A DNA stretch of 32,000 nt. Origin: Limnohabitans sp. 15K. Lineage in GTDB: Bacteria; Pseudomonadota; Gammaproteobacteria; Burkholderiales; Burkholderiaceae_C. This document shows, piece after piece, positions 27,331 to 32,000 of the stretch. The translations under genes and the position numbers were made by a program. Below the pieces are notes generated by a model, which was not told where the DNA came from, made no database searches, and saw only the letters and a list, made by a program, of their open reading frames with translations. The DNA is taken from positions 110,529 through 142,528 of the forward strand of contig NZ_NESM01000001.1 of assembly GCF_002778285.1 (NCBI RefSeq). Reading direction: 5' to 3'. The number at the start of each line of letters is the position of its first letter. Position 1 is the first letter of the stretch.

Positions 27331-27763
27331 AAACAACTTCGGCGCGCTTCACAAAGGCATCAACCATACTGGCTGCAATTTTGTCGAACACAGGGCCAAC
27401 AATGGCGGCCAATGTTTTGCTGGAAAAACCATATTGCAGTTCCAGCTCAACTTTGCAGGCGCGCTGAGTCCCATCCCCGACAGGTGAGAAGCGCCAGACG
27501 CCGCTGAGGTTGGAAAACGGACCTTTGACCAGGCTCATGGCGATCGATCGGCCCTCTTCGTGGTCGTTGCGGGTGATGAAGGTTTGTTGAATGCCGCCCA
27601 AGCTGATGCCGACTTCGGCCACCATGCCTTGGGCATCGGTTTCCAACACGCTGGCGCGGTCACACCAGGGTAAGAACTCGGGGTATCGGGCGACGTCGGT
27701 CACGAGGCGAAACATTTCCTCGGGGGTGTACCAGATCAGAACGGACTTGTGGATATTCTTCAT
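27323..27763 (-). CDS. ratA: SRPBCC-fold RatA/Coq10-like protein (ribosome association toxin RatA family)
   Basis: The 146-aa product starts [34 protein letters not shown]. It is divergent from smpB, as in many proteobacteria. Confidence 0.85.
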   Translation of the reverse strand: MKNIHKSVLIWYTPEEMFRLVTDVARYPEFLPWCDRASVLETDAQGMVAEVGISLGGIQQTFITRNDHEEGRSIAMSLVKGPFSNLSGVWRFSPVGDGTQRACKVELELQYGFSSKTLAAIVGPVFDKIAASMVDAFVKRAEVVYG

Positions 27764-27857
27764 ACAATGGTGCGATTGTAGTTTTTCATTTCTTCTCTGG
27801 GCTTGCAGCCACTTTGCTCGCCCTTGTGAACGGCCAGCCCGTCCTCATTTGCTCACC

Positions 27858-28343
27858 ATGGCCACTCCCAAGAAATCCACAGCACCCGTTTTTGCCAAGA
27901 TCGCCGAGAACAAAAAAGCGTCCTTCGACTATTTTTTTGAAGAGCGCTACGAGGCAGGTATGGTGCTGGAAGGTTGGGAGGTCAAGGCGATTCGCGAAGG
28001 CAAGGTGCAACTGACCGACGGTTACGTGGTGATCCGCAACGGCGAGCTCTACATCATTGGCTGCCTGATCAACCCCCTCAAAACCGCGTCCACCCACATC
28101 AACCCCGAAGCCGCACGCACGCGCAAGTTGCTGCTGAACAAGGAAGAGATCAAGCGGCTGATCAGCAAGATCGAGCAAAAGGGTTACACCCTGGTACCCA
28201 TCAACCTGCACTGGAAAGCGGGCAAAGTGAAGTGCGACATTGCACTGGCCAAAGGCAAGGCCGAGCACGACAAACGCGACACCATCAAGGACCGCGAAGG
28301 CAAACGCGAGGTGGAACGCGCCATGAAGAGCCGGCACCGCTGA
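27858..28343 (+). CDS. smpB: SsrA-binding protein
   Basis: [35 protein letters not shown]...[12 protein letters not shown]...[16 protein letters not shown] is canonical SmpB. The start is ATG 27858. Confidence 0.95.
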   Translation: MATPKKSTAPVFAKIAENKKASFDYFFEERYEAGMVLEGWEVKAIREGKVQLTDGYVVIRNGELYIIGCLINPLKTASTHINPEAARTRKLLLNKEEIKRLISKIEQKGYTLVPINLHWKAGKVKCDIALAKGKAEHDKRDTIKDREGKREVERAMKSRHR

Positions 28344-28422
28344 ATTGAATGTGGGAGCCCCGCCCTCGGGGCGATGAAGCACCTGAGCGGAGCACACGCC
28401 TATCGCGAAGAGGGCGCCGCTC

Positions 28423-29505
28423 CTACAGCAAATCGCGCAGCGGGTGGTGCTCGGTTGGCCAAGGGCTAGCAAAGAAACGGGCTGCTTCGGTAGCGTCCAC
28501 TTCTTCCACGCGAGCAGGCTTCCAGTTGGGTGTGTGGTCTTTGTCCACCGCCAAGGCCCGGATGCCTTCAACCGTGTCGCTGTCACCCACAGCGCGCAAA
28601 TGGAAACAGTGGTGCACCATGTCGCGCTCCATGCGCAAATCGTCGGCCAAGCTCATTTGACGGGCGCGGCGAATTTGTTCCAGCACCACCTGCAGCATCA
28701 AAGGCGAGCGCTGACGCAAAGCATGGGCAGTCTTCTGGCTCCATTCGTCGCTGGCAGACTCCAGTTTTTGCAGCATGTCGGCCACCGTGGGCAGGCCAAA
28801 AACCTCGTCAATTTGGGGCTGGGGCGTGAGCTTTTCAGGCGTGAAAGCACCCGCCTGAGCCATCACCCAACGCTCCACAGACTCCGCATTTTCAAAGGGG
28901 CTGCTGATCAGTTTTTGCCAGATGGGCTCGAGCATGCCGCTCGTCAAACCGATGTCGGCCAACTTGGCCGCCACGGCTTGTGCACCCGTGAGCATTTGGC
29001 CAGTCAGGCCCAAATATTCACCCAAACGGCCTGGGCAACGGCTTAAGAAATAACCACCGCCAACGTCGGGGAACAAACCAATGAGGGTTTCGGGCATGGC
29101 CATCTTGGTGCGCTCGGTCACCACGCGCACACTCGCGCCTTGGCTGATGCCCATGCCACCGCCCATGACAATGCCATCCATGAAGGCGATGTAGGGCTTG
29201 CTGTAGGTGTGAATCAGGTGGTTGAGACGGTACTCTTCCGTGAAGAAGTCCCCCAGAGAGGCGTCACCCGCATGGGCGGCTTGGTGAAAAAACCGAATGT
29301 CGCCACCTGCGCAAAATGCGCCAAATGGACCTTCCTTGCCCGTGCCCCGCACGGCCACGGCCAAGACCTGGGGGTCGTCTCGCCAAGCCAGCAGCGCCTG
29401 GGTCAATGAACGCACCATTTCCAGCGACAAGGCGTTCAGAGCCTTGGGGCGGTTCAAGGTGATGCAGCCGATGCGGCCTTCGATTTGCGCGATGACATCA
29501 GACAT
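28423..29505 (-). CDS. enoyl-CoA hydratase/isomerase family protein, 3-hydroxyisobutyryl-CoA hydrolase-like
   Basis: The protein is 360 aa. It has ITLNRPKALNAL, FCAGGDIR and IAFMDGIVMGGGMGIS, plus the long C-terminal extension typical of the HIBYL-CoA hydrolase subgroup. Confidence 0.8.
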   Translation of the reverse strand: MSDVIAQIEGRIGCITLNRPKALNALSLEMVRSLTQALLAWRDDPQVLAVAVRGTGKEGPFGAFCAGGDIRFFHQAAHAGDASLGDFFTEEYRLNHLIHTYSKPYIAFMDGIVMGGGMGISQGASVRVVTERTKMAMPETLIGLFPDVGGGYFLSRCPGRLGEYLGLTGQMLTGAQAVAAKLADIGLTSGMLEPIWQKLISSPFENAESVERWVMAQAGAFTPEKLTPQPQIDEVFGLPTVADMLQKLESASDEWSQKTAHALRQRSPLMLQVVLEQIRRARQMSLADDLRMERDMVHHCFHLRAVGDSDTVEGIRALAVDKDHTPNWKPARVEEVDATEAARFFASPWPTEHHPLRDLL

Positions 29506-30382
29506 TGTTTTGTCTCCAGCCTAAGCATTCATTGAAAAGCAAGGCACCCAAGACGAGGGCACCTCCCAAAAGCACGCTCAGTTGCGGCGCTTCGTTTGCG
29601 CCCCACCAAGCCAAAGCGATGCCGAAAACGATTTCAAGCAATGCCAGCAAAGCCACCTCGGGTGCTTTGAGCACTCGGGCACACACCACCGACAAAGCGC
29701 AGGGAATGGCCAATTGGAACAAGCCCAGCATGGCCAGCAAACCCACATCATGCGCCGAAGCCTGAAACGGCATGGACAAAGGCAAAGTCAGCAAGGTCGA
29801 CATGAGCGCCCCCAGCATGACGCTGGGCACCAGGTCGAGGTTTTGCCCCTCGCTTTGGCTTTTTTGCGTCAGCGTCCACTGCACAGAGCCTGCAATGGGG
29901 ACGCACAGAGCGACCAATGAACCGATCAAGAAATTGGGATCGCCCAAGCTCAGTTGTGAGCCATACATCCAGGAAATGCCCATGCCTGCCAGCACAATCG
30001 CCAGCCAGGTCCGAGTTGGCAAACGGTGCCCCAAAAACACCCGAGTGATCAAAGCGGTGAGCAAAGGCCCCACCGCCATGGTGATCAACACGTTGGCCAC
30101 CGCGGTCAGGGTGAGCGCCACCATGAAGGCTGTGAACATGACACTCCAGCAAATGCCGGAGTACCAAAAGTAACGGCTGCGCAAAGGCAGCCGTGACCAA
30201 ACACCTCGGCCCTGCCACAGGGGCAGGATGATCAGCAATGACACAACGGTGAAGAAGCTGCGCCAGAAGGTGACTTCAAAGCTGCGTGCTTGCTCCAGGT
30301 GGCGTGTCACCACCCCGGCCATGGACCACAGGGCGGTAACACCCACCATGGTCCATACAGCCAAACCGTGCGTTAAACGCAT
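29498..30382 (-). CDS. DMT-superfamily (EamA-like) transporter
   Basis: There are about 10 hydrophobic segments. The first ATG is at 30382, and the track start 30391 is TTG. The 3' end overlaps the downstream start by 8 nt. Confidence 0.75.
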   Translation of the reverse strand: MRLTHGLAVWTMVGVTALWSMAGVVTRHLEQARSFEVTFWRSFFTVVSLLIILPLWQGRGVWSRLPLRSRYFWYSGICWSVMFTAFMVALTLTAVANVLITMAVGPLLTALITRVFLGHRLPTRTWLAIVLAGMGISWMYGSQLSLGDPNFLIGSLVALCVPIAGSVQWTLTQKSQSEGQNLDLVPSVMLGALMSTLLTLPLSMPFQASAHDVGLLAMLGLFQLAIPCALSVVCARVLKAPEVALLALLEIVFGIALAWWGANEAPQLSVLLGGALVLGALLFNECLGWRQNNV

Positions 30383-30395
30383 GATCGTCAACCGA

Positions 30396-32000
<1,605 letters not shown>

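Overview
This is a high-GC (about 60-65% by eye) chromosomal segment with Comamonadaceae/Burkholderiales-like gene content. It is interrupted by a roughly 9.2 kb low-GC island at 13641-22806. The backbone carries sucA (partial), prpE, an isochorismatase-family hydrolase, a VOC protein, a family III CoA-transferase, a RecQ-like helicase, an MFS transporter, ldcA, a TadA-haloalkane-dehalogenase fusion, paiB, higBA, guaA, guaB, an RlmI-like methyltransferase, rnfH-ratA, smpB, a 3-hydroxyisobutyryl-CoA hydrolase, a DMT transporter and typA (partial). The island sits exactly at the 3' end of guaA and is bounded by a 16-bp direct repeat that re-encodes the GuaA C-terminus (IEWE-stop). A 427-aa tyrosine integrase lies next to guaA. 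The island also holds a second recombinase made of the catalytic domain only (191 aa), a 114-bp relic of a diverged copy of that recombinase's 3' end, and a secreted serine hydrolase bracketed by the relic and the intact gene. Other island genes are a truncated H-NS-like protein behind a near-consensus promoter, a YagK/YfjJ (inovirus gpII-like) candidate HUH protein beside a 529-bp ORF-free repeat-rich spacer, and several exported or membrane proteins of unknown function. I see no tRNA, rRNA, CRISPR array, transposase, conjugation genes or recognisable defence system. The most interesting signals are the nested repeat architecture of the island, its candidate arm-type motifs, and two unusual backbone fusions. 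All homology calls rest on motif recognition by eye and need database confirmation.
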